Shown here: piece by piece, positions 21,987 through 31,072 of the stretch
Layout: the number at the start of each line of letters is the position of its first letter
How positions within the stretch are numbered: the first letter of the stretch is position 1
Assembly: GCA_001773725.1 (NCBI GenBank)
Contig: MEXP01000009.1
Span: 5,073-69,072 of the forward strand
Direction of reading: 5' to 3'
Source of the DNA: Candidatus Amesbacteria bacterium RIFCSPLOWO2_01_FULL_49_25
GTDB taxonomy: Bacteria > Patescibacteriota > Microgenomatia > CAZETR01 > Amesbacteraceae
DNA: 64,000 bases
Translations under genes and position numbers: made by a program
Notes under the pieces: model-generated
Told to the model about the DNA's origin: nothing
The model's input: the letters and a program-made list of their open reading frames with translations, nothing else
The model's database searches: none

Positions 21987-23653
21987 TAATTTGAGACTAT
22001 TTTAAAGGCGGGCTGGTCATTTGGGAAATAAAAGGTTTTGACGATGTTGACCCCGACAGAAGGTATATCTTCGGGAGCGGCAACTATAAGTGTGGAGTGG
22101 ATATCGCGAACTTTTTCCCAAGGGGCCGATTCGAAGTGAAATTTGTCAAAATCGCGGACGGTGGAAAAATTGAATTTATCTCGGAACGTCAATTGGTGAC
22201 GATCCTGAAATTTTTGGGGTGGATACTGGGAATAAAACAAAAATAAGATATAGGGTTGATCGTATTTATCGGTCACCCATATTTGGGAGTAGCGATTCTG
22301 AACCGATTGGACATAAGATACCAGTTCCTTAAAGCCGTTTTCCCAGGCGGCAGGGTATGTTTGAGGATAATGGACATAGTATTGGTGTAAATACCTTTTA
22401 AATTGCCAAATATAAATAGTAATTAAAATAATTAACAACGAAGAAAAAACAATTTTATTAGAACCTCTCGCCAATTGCAGGAAAAAATATAATCCTGAGG
22501 AAGTAATAATAGTCATGGGAATAACCAGGTTTTGAGCACGCAGGGCATTGGGGGTTTGGAAGGTCATAGCTGAGGCTATGGGAGCTATCAATAGCCATAA
22601 CCAGATGGTAGCTTGTAGCTTATAGCTTTTAGAGTTTAGAACGTAATAGATTCCTAGGGCAAAAAAGATAAAGTCGGTGAGATAAAAGAGGCCGGTTTCG
22701 GGGATGCGATTGCGTTCTATCATGTCGCCGTTTACAAACAGGAAATTGCCATCGAAATGGTCGGTGTAATTTTTGACGAACTGAATAACATAAATAACCG
22801 GGCGGTTGTGAAGCAGACGTGACAGAAGCGAGTTCCAATCGGAATGCTGGCCGCGAAGTTGTTCGACACGACGCAAAGGACCCTCGTCTGCAAGGAGACC
22901 GACACCGGATAGTCGGGAAGAAGCGTCGCTACTTGCAAGTGAAAGTATGAGAGGAGCTAATAACAATAGCAGCAGTAGAAAATTGGTGACTATTTGTTTG
23001 GGATACTTTAGTAATGTTTTGAAGTAAAGAATTGCCAATCCCAAACCAAGAAGTGGGGCTATGACGCGGGTAGATTGGTAAAAGTACATGGACAATACGA
23101 AGTTCAAACTACTTAGGCTTAGAGAAATCAACTCTCTATTTTTTAGCCATTTGACGAAAAAGAGGATGCCCAGAAGTAATAGGGTGGTGGAGACATTGAC
23201 TTCCCAAGCGCCTCGAGAGAAGTGCAAGTGCCATGGCGAGATAGCTAACATAAATGCGACGATTTCTTCAATCCTCAAATTCTGAATCCCAAATCTCAAA
23301 TAATTTTCAAAATTCAAATTTGCGAAGATTTCTTTGGTGAGCATATACACTAGAAATACAGCAGTTACTCCGAATAGTGCTGAAGGCAGGCGGATGGCGA
23401 ATTCTGTGAGGCCGAAAACTTTAACAAAAGGGATAAGGAGATATGAGTACCCGGCGGGTTTGAAGTCACCGAAAGATTCCAGATTGACGGGCAAGATGTG
23501 GCCATGTTCGTCCTTGCCGGTTAAAAGAAGTGAGTAGGCGTTGTAGCCTAAGGCGGCTTCGTCTGCATTTAACCCCGATGGAAAAAACGAAATTTTATGC
23601 AGCCGCAGAATTGCGGCCAGAATTAATAATAAAACGAGTAAATATTTTTTCAT
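21986..23653 (-). CDS. ArnT/PMT-like GT-C glycosyltransferase (family B)
   Basis: LNADEAALGYNAYSLLLTGKDEHG, FGDFKP, RLPSA and SPWHLHFSR motifs. Confidence 0.82.
   Translation of the reverse strand: MKKYLLVLLLILAAILRLHKISFFPSGLNADEAALGYNAYSLLLTGKDEHGHILPVNLESFGDFKPAGYSYLLIPFVKVFGLTEFAIRLPSALFGVTAVFLVYMLTKEIFANLNFENYLRFGIQNLRIEEIVAFMLAISPWHLHFSRGAWEVNVSTTLLLLGILFFVKWLKNRELISLSLSSLNFVLSMYFYQSTRVIAPLLGLGLAILYFKTLLKYPKQIVTNFLLLLLLLAPLILSLASSDASSRLSGVGLLADEGPLRRVEQLRGQHSDWNSLLSRLLHNRPVIYVIQFVKNYTDHFDGNFLFVNGDMIERNRIPETGLFYLTDFIFFALGIYYVLNSKSYKLQATIWLWLLIAPIASAMTFQTPNALRAQNLVIPMTIITSSGLYFFLQLARGSNKIVFSSLLIILITIYIWQFKRYLHQYYVHYPQTYPAAWENGFKELVSYVQSVQNRYSQIWVTDKYDQPYILFLFYSQYPPQKFQDRHQLTFRDKFNFSTVRDFDKFHFESAPWEKVRDIHSTLIVAAPEDIPSVGVNIVKTFYFPNDQPAFKIVSN
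22603..22644. repeat. Degenerate 7-bp periodic tract (AGCTTNT-like)
   Basis: agatggt agcttgt agcttat agctttt agagttt agaacgt. Confidence 0.6.
23274..23319. repeat. Degenerate 7-bp periodic tract (CTCAAAT-like) forming an in-frame insertion
   Basis: ctcaaat tctgaat cccaaat ctcaaat aatt ttcaaaa ttcaaat. Confidence 0.7.
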
Positions 23654-25233
23654 CGAAGTCCGACCGCACGCAAGGCGATTTGGCCATTGGGAAAATTAAT
23701 ATCGGCAAATCTTTCTATGCCTGGAATGTTTAAATCCTTCTCTGGCAGTTCGTACTGGCCACCGATAAAAAGAGTTGAGGTAAGCCCCCGGTCGGAAGGC
23801 CAATAAATGGGGCGGAATTCAAATCTGTCCAAGCGACTGACACTTCCGACGTCTCTTTGAGGATTGGCTTGAAACTTATTTTGAGATTGATATATTTTCG
23901 GGTCGATGCGCAGGTAGAAAAGAGTAAAAATATACGGTTGACCATATTGGGAAGTAAAAATGATTTTTTGATAGCGGGAATAATTATCGGCTGCCAACTT
24001 GAGCGCGGGTTTATAAGGAGATAGCCAGTCTGAGGCAAAGTAGTGGGGATAATGGACGAAGTAAAGGTCGAGGAGGTAAAGAAGAAAGAATAAAAGAACG
24101 GGAAAGTATAAGAATATAAGCAGTTTTTTTGACAATATCTTAGAGAGACCAAGTCCAGAGATGATGATTAATGGGATTATCATGGGTAAAGAGCGGACGC
24201 CGGAGACTATGTCCCGGGAAAGGGCGGAGGGAAGCGGAGCCAGGAGCAACCAGGCTAAGATGAGCCTGGAAAGAGGTGACTGAGATTTGAGAAGAAGAAT
24301 TATACCTATGAAGAGGGTTATTACTTCGGGAAGGTGGAGATAACCGTAATAAGGAGTGGAATGTCGTGGATTGGACCAGTCACCATTGATAAATAAAAAT
24401 TGGGACGAAAAGTGATTTAGATAACGTTGGGCTATTCCCCTGCCCTGATCCAGTAGTTCCGAATGAAATAAATAGTAGGAAAGATTTTTGGTGGGAGAGT
24501 TGTCTTGACGCATTATTTCGCTGACAACCGCATCGGGGCGAGTATAACCGAAGACGCTGAAAACCTTGAGGCGGCCAGACTCGGTCCCGATTTTTAGCAA
24601 TATTGGAAGCAGGATGAAAAGTATAACTAGAAAAGGTTTAATTAAGTTTTTCAATATCGGTCTGTAAATGAAAAGAAGGCTAATTATTAAAAGTGGGGTA
24701 AAAAGTTTGGCTCCCTGATAGGCCCAAAATGTCAAACCAAAAAACAATGACGAGGAGTAATTTTTTTTCTTTAGAAATAAAAGCACTGCCAGGGAGGTGA
24801 GAAGTAAGGATAAGTTTGCTTCCCAAGCCCCACGGGAAAAATGAATGGCCCAGGGGTTAATGGCTATCATCAGCGCTGATGAAAGAGAAAATGCCTTACC
24901 TTTCTGGATTTTAACAAGCAAGTAAATAACAGGGATTAGCAATGTTCCAAAAATAGCCGAGGGGAGGCGGGTGGCAAATTCGGTAAGACCTAAAACTTTT
25001 ATAATTGGGGTGGTAAAGTAAATGTATAAGCCCGGCTTATAATCACCGAACGATTTGAAGACGATAGGCATCACTTGGGAGTGTTCATCCCGTCCAGTCT
25101 TGAGTATTGAATATGCGTTGTATCCCAGGGCGGCTTCGTCCCAGGTAAATCCCAGTGGTCTGGAGTCCAGCCTGTGAATCCGCAAAAAAAGTCCAAAAAT
25201 TATAATGGGCAATAATATGATCAGCGGCTTCAT
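23650..25233 (-). CDS. ArnT/PMT-like GT-C glycosyltransferase (family B)
   Basis: FTWDEAALGYNAYSILKTGRDE, FGDYKP and NPWAIHFSR motifs. Confidence 0.82.
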   Translation of the reverse strand: MKPLIILLPIIIFGLFLRIHRLDSRPLGFTWDEAALGYNAYSILKTGRDEHSQVMPIVFKSFGDYKPGLYIYFTTPIIKVLGLTEFATRLPSAIFGTLLIPVIYLLVKIQKGKAFSLSSALMIAINPWAIHFSRGAWEANLSLLLTSLAVLLFLKKKNYSSSLFFGLTFWAYQGAKLFTPLLIISLLFIYRPILKNLIKPFLVILFILLPILLKIGTESGRLKVFSVFGYTRPDAVVSEIMRQDNSPTKNLSYYLFHSELLDQGRGIAQRYLNHFSSQFLFINGDWSNPRHSTPYYGYLHLPEVITLFIGIILLLKSQSPLSRLILAWLLLAPLPSALSRDIVSGVRSLPMIIPLIIISGLGLSKILSKKLLIFLYFPVLLFFLLYLLDLYFVHYPHYFASDWLSPYKPALKLAADNYSRYQKIIFTSQYGQPYIFTLFYLRIDPKIYQSQNKFQANPQRDVGSVSRLDRFEFRPIYWPSDRGLTSTLFIGGQYELPEKDLNIPGIERFADINFPNGQIALRAVGLR

Positions 25234-26777
25234 AGTTCCTTAATAATGAATGCGGGTTTGGAGTCAAGGAAATTGATGCGGGTAAGGACGGTGCCGGGAG
25301 TTTCGTTGTCGGGGCTGGAAATTACCAGATACTTAGGCCCTATCGGTAAAGATGCCACTGCTTGGGACATTTCCCAATCATTGACGAATTTTATTTTGTC
25401 CAGTTTATTAACCCAATACCAGTTGTCGTGAAAATCCCAATTTTTTGATTTGGAGAAATTAGCGGGTTCCCATGGCCAATAGAAAGCAACAAACTCATGG
25501 GGTTCTCCATAGCGCTTAGTGAAAACGATTTGGTCGTATTGACTATAGTGATCTTTGACAAATTGAACGGCCTCTTTGTAGCCATACTGCCAGGCCCATG
25601 AATAGCGGGTTTGGTAGTTTGCAGATACGGGATTGATGTAATACTCGAGGCTAAGCAACAGAATAACTGGAAGAGCTATTTGCAAAACGTTGAATTTTTT
25701 GGCCGCTGTCCAAATTCCCATCGAGGTTACCACTATGGTGGCGGGAAGCATGGTTATGGCGCGAAGAACATGGGGCGAATCGCGAGTGAGAGAGCCGGGA
25801 ATGGGGGCTAAGAGAAGCCACACGATTATCAATTTGAAATTTGATTTTTTAAATTTGAAAAGCAGTGCGATTAAGCCCAGGTAAAAAAAGGGTAGGGCAA
25901 CCAAGTAAAGCAGACCATAGTTGGGAATGCTGAATTGGTAGTGAGAACCGCCGGAAATAAATAAGAATTTAGGGTTGAAATGATTTAGATAATTAACAGA
26001 GAAACGATAGGCCAAATAGGTAGCTTTGTTGTAAAGAAGGCGACCCCCGGGTCGACTTCGCAGCTGATTAATTTGGACGGTTGCTCCTTCATCCAAAAGA
26101 GTCAGCCACTTAAACCTAGCTTGGCCGGACGGGGAAAGAAGCTGAATGAAAACCGGGATGAATAGTAAAAGTGTAACTGCGACCGTAAGAAAGTTAATTT
26201 TGACATTTTTTCGATTAAGCAATAAATAAGAAAACAAGAATAAGGGTGTAAAAATGCGAAAACTATTGTAGGTCCAGGCAGAGAGACCTAAAAGGAAAAT
26301 CCCTAAAAACAAGCGGCGATAAAGAAGCAGGGTGGCCCCGAGGGTAAATAGAAGTATAGCTAAATTTGCCTCAACGGCAACACGAGACAAAAACAGCGGC
26401 CAAGGGGAAATTGCGACGAGCAGGGCAGTAAGGATAGCCATAAAACGAGAAGAGACCCGGCGAGAAAGAAGGTAAACTGCGGCTATCATAAGAATGCCGG
26501 AAACTATGGATGGGAAGCGAACTCCGAGTGGGTTGAGACCGAATATTGAAATGGAGGGAATGGCAGAATAAATATATCCAGGGAGTTTGAAGTCTCCGTA
26601 GGCACGAAAAATTGTGGGCAGAATAGACCCCCACTCGTCCCGGCCTGTTTTGAGAAGAGAATAAGCGTTGTAGCCTAAAGAGACCTCGTCCCAATTAAGA
26701 CTGGGGGGGAACTGGTAAATATAAATGAGACGAAAAAACGCTCCCAGTAAAATCAACAGGATTAAGTGCCTAGGCAC
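25230..26777 (-). CDS. ArnT/PMT-like GT-C glycosyltransferase (family B)
   Basis: LNWDEVSLGYNAYSLLKTGRDEWG and YGDFKLP motifs; GTG start. Confidence 0.82.
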   Translation of the reverse strand: MPRHLILLILLGAFFRLIYIYQFPPSLNWDEVSLGYNAYSLLKTGRDEWGSILPTIFRAYGDFKLPGYIYSAIPSISIFGLNPLGVRFPSIVSGILMIAAVYLLSRRVSSRFMAILTALLVAISPWPLFLSRVAVEANLAILLFTLGATLLLYRRLFLGIFLLGLSAWTYNSFRIFTPLFLFSYLLLNRKNVKINFLTVAVTLLLFIPVFIQLLSPSGQARFKWLTLLDEGATVQINQLRSRPGGRLLYNKATYLAYRFSVNYLNHFNPKFLFISGGSHYQFSIPNYGLLYLVALPFFYLGLIALLFKFKKSNFKLIIVWLLLAPIPGSLTRDSPHVLRAITMLPATIVVTSMGIWTAAKKFNVLQIALPVILLLSLEYYINPVSANYQTRYSWAWQYGYKEAVQFVKDHYSQYDQIVFTKRYGEPHEFVAFYWPWEPANFSKSKNWDFHDNWYWVNKLDKIKFVNDWEMSQAVASLPIGPKYLVISSPDNETPGTVLTRINFLDSKPAFIIKEL

Positions 26778-28365
26778 GGTATTTTTTTTTGGCGAGAATT
26801 AACCAAGAACCTGCGCTTAGTAATGTAAGTGAAGATACCAGATTGCCCATGAGCCTGACAAAGGAATCTTTAAATTCCAGTCGGATATCGTGCCAGCCTT
26901 GAGGCACGTCTAATGCAATTAGGCCAGTCTCAGGCTGGATGAGGACTTTTTGTTCTATTCCGTCGACTATTGATGTCCAACCCGGGAAAAAAACTTGAGG
27001 GAATATAGTAAGAGCAGACTGTGATTGAATGAACAAACGGTAGTTTCCACTGTGAGCTGAAAAGTGAGCTATAGATACAAAACCATCTCCCGCACTTATG
27101 GAGGGGAGCGATGGGGCAAAGGATTGGGGAAGACGAGGGGCGGATTTGGGCCAAAAGTCTGAAAGGGCAGATGACCGCTGTTCATCCCAAAGTTTGCCTG
27201 AGAAGTACTGGGTGTCGTTGAGATTCAGCCAAATATCTGGGCCAAAAAAATTGGCGCTGAGTAACAACAGAAAAGTAGATGAGAAGATAAGTGTAAGTTT
27301 GGGAGAGAAAAGTTTGGTGAGAACACCGGCTGTAAGAGATAAAAAGAAGGTTGACATGGAGAGAAACCGCCAGGGAAATTGGACAAAAGGCAGGCCAGGT
27401 ATAATTTTCCAAAACACCTCAGATTTACCGTGGGTGAGAAATAACGCGATCAGGGCCAGAATAACGAATAATGAAGTGGGAATTATGTGTTTTTTTGACT
27501 TTTTGACGAGAAAAGCGAAGGGTACCACTACTAGAGCAATTATCCAGTGGAGGTGGCCAATTGAGAAACTCATGGTGTCGTTGGGCCCCCAGTTGGAGCC
27601 GCCGTAGCCCCAGAAGCGGGAAAGAAAAAGCTGACTTAAAGTCGTCCAATGAAGACTATAATCGTAATAACCGGCGGTAGTTTGGGTGAGAGTTACCAAG
27701 TTACTTTCAAAAATTACCGGTAAAAGATAAAAAGAACTCAAGACCAGAGATAATAAGCCGGCAGGGATAAATTTCCAGTCCCAGCTTCTAACCAGCCACC
27801 ATATACCCATAAATGGCAGAAACATAAATAATGAGAGGTTGTGGGTGATAAGGAGAAGAAATAGAGAGAAGGAAAAGAGAAGGTATTTTTTCTTTTCGAT
27901 AAATAACAGAATGAGAGGGAAAAATACGAAGGACAACGCTTCCGGGAGAGCACCTCTTACCCAGACGTCGACTGCCCGGTATGGGGCGTATGTGTAAAAC
28001 AAAGCGCTAACAAGGGCTCCATCACTCCCCCAGAATTCTTTTGCCAATAAGTACATGGAGATGCCTGACAAGACTAATGAAAGAATGAAAACTGATTTGA
28101 CACTGTCTAGGACGGGGAAACCGGAAAGGCGGAAGATTGTTCCCAGCCAATAGGGGAGTTGGCCATAGTAGTTGAAGAGGGGCTCGCCGTAGCCTAGACC
28201 TGCGTCCGGAGCCCAGCGGCAAGGAAAAATACCTTCGGCAGTACATTTATCGAATTCGTACTGGCGAAAGACATGAAAGTCATGCATGGTATAAATCCCC
28301 GGCCGGAGCATGAGCGCGAACGCCGGAATTGTGAGAATGATCAGGAGGAGGATTTTTTTGGCCAT
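26770..28365 (-). CDS. YfhO/PTPS-related polytopic GT-C-like protein (family C)
   Basis: MHD..RQ.E..KC...PCRW.PD.G.GYG.PLFNYY, QFPWR, and a C-terminal FPGW beta domain. Start MAKKIL at 28365. Confidence 0.72.
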   Translation of the reverse strand: MAKKILLLIILTIPAFALMLRPGIYTMHDFHVFRQYEFDKCTAEGIFPCRWAPDAGLGYGEPLFNYYGQLPYWLGTIFRLSGFPVLDSVKSVFILSLVLSGISMYLLAKEFWGSDGALVSALFYTYAPYRAVDVWVRGALPEALSFVFFPLILLFIEKKKYLLFSFSLFLLLITHNLSLFMFLPFMGIWWLVRSWDWKFIPAGLLSLVLSSFYLLPVIFESNLVTLTQTTAGYYDYSLHWTTLSQLFLSRFWGYGGSNWGPNDTMSFSIGHLHWIIALVVVPFAFLVKKSKKHIIPTSLFVILALIALFLTHGKSEVFWKIIPGLPFVQFPWRFLSMSTFFLSLTAGVLTKLFSPKLTLIFSSTFLLLLSANFFGPDIWLNLNDTQYFSGKLWDEQRSSALSDFWPKSAPRLPQSFAPSLPSISAGDGFVSIAHFSAHSGNYRLFIQSQSALTIFPQVFFPGWTSIVDGIEQKVLIQPETGLIALDVPQGWHDIRLEFKDSFVRLMGNLVSSLTLLSAGSWLILAKKKYRA

Positions 28366-29573
28366 AGGGTGAACCAGGTAAATAAATTGATGACGCTTAG
28401 GGCTTTGGTGAAAATGGGAGTGTAAAGGGCGATGGCGAAGGGCATGGTTGGAGCGAACCACATGTTGTATTGATTGGCCAAAAAGGTAAAGGACAGAACG
28501 GCGTATTGAATCCAGATTTTGCGGCCGATAACTATTAGCCAGGACATAAGGGGAAACAGGGGGTACATGTAGCGCTCGTGCATACGAACGGAAAAGAGAA
28601 AGAAACCAAAGTAGACGATCAGTAATTGACTGACTAAATTATGCTCAGAGGGGTTTTTCCAAATGGATCGAAGAGTAACTGCAAATATCAATAACAATAG
28701 GAACACTGAAATTATATTGGCGGGGATGGTGAGAAAGAGCGAGGTGTCAGGAACTAGATCTATAGGGAAGAAGACGTGCCAGAAATTGAAGGCGTTGACG
28801 GTGATAAATGGTGATTCTCCCGGCAAGATCCGATTCAAATAGAGTTTGGTTAGCCAAAACGGAAGATCGAGTCTGGGATGGAAGGGAAAAAATAACAGTA
28901 ACGAGGACGCGCCGACCGACGCCAGATAAGTCCAGAAGTTTTTAGGAAATTTCCTGATTGCATAAATTGTGAATACTATTAAGGCTGGAGACCATGAAGC
29001 TTTGGTGACGAGTGAAGTCCCCAACAGAAATCCGGAAAGGACCAGGCGTTTTTCGAAGAGAAAGATCAGGCTCCAAACGGCCAAGGCGGCGACGATACAA
29101 TCGTTTTGCCCCCAAAGAGCGGAGTTGTACCACAAAGGAGGGTTAAGCAAATAGACTAAGCCGACTAGCTGGGAAACCTTGCTGGATTTACCAATTTTGA
29201 TAATAGCGGCAAAAAGAGCTATGTCCCCTAAAACGGAGGGCAGCTTGAGGCTGACTACGTCACCCCATCTTTGCCACCACCAAACTAATGTCGAGGGGAA
29301 AAAGGGGATTTTCAAATTGAGCTGCCAGAATAATTTGTTACCAAAGTCGTTGAGCTGATATGAAAGTGTATAAAGATAAACACTGCCGGCTGGTTGGTTG
29401 GGGCGGCTCTGAGGCCAGAAAACGGATCGCGGTAAATCATAAAAATCGACAAGGCCGAGTTTGGAGGCATTCCCGGCCCAATTCCAGCCGTTATGCAAAT
29501 CACCGTGTTTAGTGAATGTCGACACCCACAATCGCCAAGCAATTAACAAGACAATGAGAATTTTATATTTCAT
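28341..29573 (-). CDS. GT87/ALG6-like GT-C glycosyltransferase (family D)
   Basis: HGD, NQP, LKLP, WGQND, NAFNFW and RMHERY motifs. Confidence 0.7.
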   Translation of the reverse strand: MKYKILIVLLIAWRLWVSTFTKHGDLHNGWNWAGNASKLGLVDFYDLPRSVFWPQSRPNQPAGSVYLYTLSYQLNDFGNKLFWQLNLKIPFFPSTLVWWWQRWGDVVSLKLPSVLGDIALFAAIIKIGKSSKVSQLVGLVYLLNPPLWYNSALWGQNDCIVAALAVWSLIFLFEKRLVLSGFLLGTSLVTKASWSPALIVFTIYAIRKFPKNFWTYLASVGASSLLLFFPFHPRLDLPFWLTKLYLNRILPGESPFITVNAFNFWHVFFPIDLVPDTSLFLTIPANIISVFLLLLIFAVTLRSIWKNPSEHNLVSQLLIVYFGFFLFSVRMHERYMYPLFPLMSWLIVIGRKIWIQYAVLSFTFLANQYNMWFAPTMPFAIALYTPIFTKALSVINLFTWFTLWPKKSSS

Positions 29574-31072
29574 CTGGGATTGATGACAGCAAAGCGATAA
29601 TCGGCCAAGTCAAATAAGATATGCTGGCTGGCGGGAAAATCTCCAAAACTACTGACTAACAAGGCGTTTTGTAACTTACCTTCCCGTTCCCAATGAAAAT
29701 CGTGAAACTCATATTTGCCCAAATTCCAGCTTTCCAACTGGTCGACGTATAATTTGTCTGCTTTTTCGTAACGTCTCCAGTCCTGTGAGTACTTTTGAAA
29801 ATCGGCCGGATCCCATTTGCTGTAAAAAGCTACAAAGATATGGGGAACAGTAAAGACGCGGGAAAAGTGAACGGAGTCGTATTTATCGGCCAGAGAAATG
29901 GCCTTGGTGAAGGCTTCTTTATAATTTACCCTTTGACTGTAGATCGGGTTTTTGGGGAGTTTGATCAGATATGTGTGGAGATAAAAACCAAATGAAGCCG
30001 CCAAAGCGAGCAGGAAGAGTTTTTGAAAGCGCAGGTTTGACAGGCCATAAGCAGACAGGAAGATGGGTAGAGGAAAGATTGCAATGGCCCGTTGGGCGTT
30101 TGAACTTTCGGTCAAGGCGGCGGGGACCGGGGCCAGCAGCGCCCAAAGCAAAAGGTAAGGCGATGGTTTGCCGCGGAGTATTAAAACGAGGCCCAATAAA
30201 ATGAATATTATTTCCAGGGGAAAGTGTAAGGGCATTCCGGGAAAGTTGAGGTGGGAAAAATCAGGCCGGTGACCGGTAAAGTAGAAGATGGGGGAAAAGT
30301 AAGATAGATAGTTGGTAAAAAACTGATCGGCATAAAAAACGTATTTATTGTCAAATAAAGTTGGAGGGGAATTTCGGTTGGTCAGATAATTTAAAGTGTT
30401 GGCTGAAGAAAAGATACCGACGTCGCTGGCGCGTACAAGAACTGCTTTGAGGTTAATGACTAAAGGTAGCAAGGCTAAAACAAATATCAAAAAAGCCGGT
30501 TTGAGTTGTCTGAGATAGACGATTATGCTTGCGACAAAAAAGACAGTAAAAATACGCCAGGAATGGTAAGTATACAGATTGATGCCCCAAACTAAAAAGG
30601 CCGGCCAGTAGCGTTTTTTTATAAACAAGTATAGACCGAGGGGGAAAAGTAATACCCCCAGTCCGCCTTCCCAGGCATTTCGGGATAGTTGGACATGCCA
30701 GGGGGAAATACTCATAAGCAGAGCGGCCAAAAAGGCCGTTTTTTGAGAAAATAATTCTTTGGCCAGAAGATAAACGACCAATATTGATAAGGTTCCCGCT
30801 ATCGCGGCCGGGAGGCGGACGGCGAACTCGTTTAACCCGAAGACGGCAACTGAAGGAATAGCGGCGTACATGTATAGAGGGGGTTTGAAATCACCAAATC
30901 CGCGAGGGAAGAGGGGGAAAAACTGACTCCAACTATCCCGTCCAGTTTTGAGGATCGAGTAGGCATCGTAGCCCTGACCGGCCTCATCGGCGGTGAATCC
31001 AGCCGGAAACTTATCCAACCAAAAAACTCTGAGAATTAGGCCTAAAAGGAGAACGAGAAGAAGGCGTTTCAT
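29570..31072 (-). CDS. ArnT/PMT-like GT-C glycosyltransferase (family B)
   Basis: FTADEAGQGYDAYSILKTGRD and FGDFKPPLY motifs. Confidence 0.82.
   Translation of the reverse strand: MKRLLLVLLLGLILRVFWLDKFPAGFTADEAGQGYDAYSILKTGRDSWSQFFPLFPRGFGDFKPPLYMYAAIPSVAVFGLNEFAVRLPAAIAGTLSILVVYLLAKELFSQKTAFLAALLMSISPWHVQLSRNAWEGGLGVLLFPLGLYLFIKKRYWPAFLVWGINLYTYHSWRIFTVFFVASIIVYLRQLKPAFLIFVLALLPLVINLKAVLVRASDVGIFSSANTLNYLTNRNSPPTLFDNKYVFYADQFFTNYLSYFSPIFYFTGHRPDFSHLNFPGMPLHFPLEIIFILLGLVLILRGKPSPYLLLWALLAPVPAALTESSNAQRAIAIFPLPIFLSAYGLSNLRFQKLFLLALAASFGFYLHTYLIKLPKNPIYSQRVNYKEAFTKAISLADKYDSVHFSRVFTVPHIFVAFYSKWDPADFQKYSQDWRRYEKADKLYVDQLESWNLGKYEFHDFHWEREGKLQNALLVSSFGDFPASQHILFDLADYRFAVINPR

Noticed and set aside
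27098-27607. Longer antisense or alternate-frame ORFs (also 37720-38235, 53445-53939, 32801-33256)
   Set aside because: They are shadows of well-supported genes and have no recognisable motifs.
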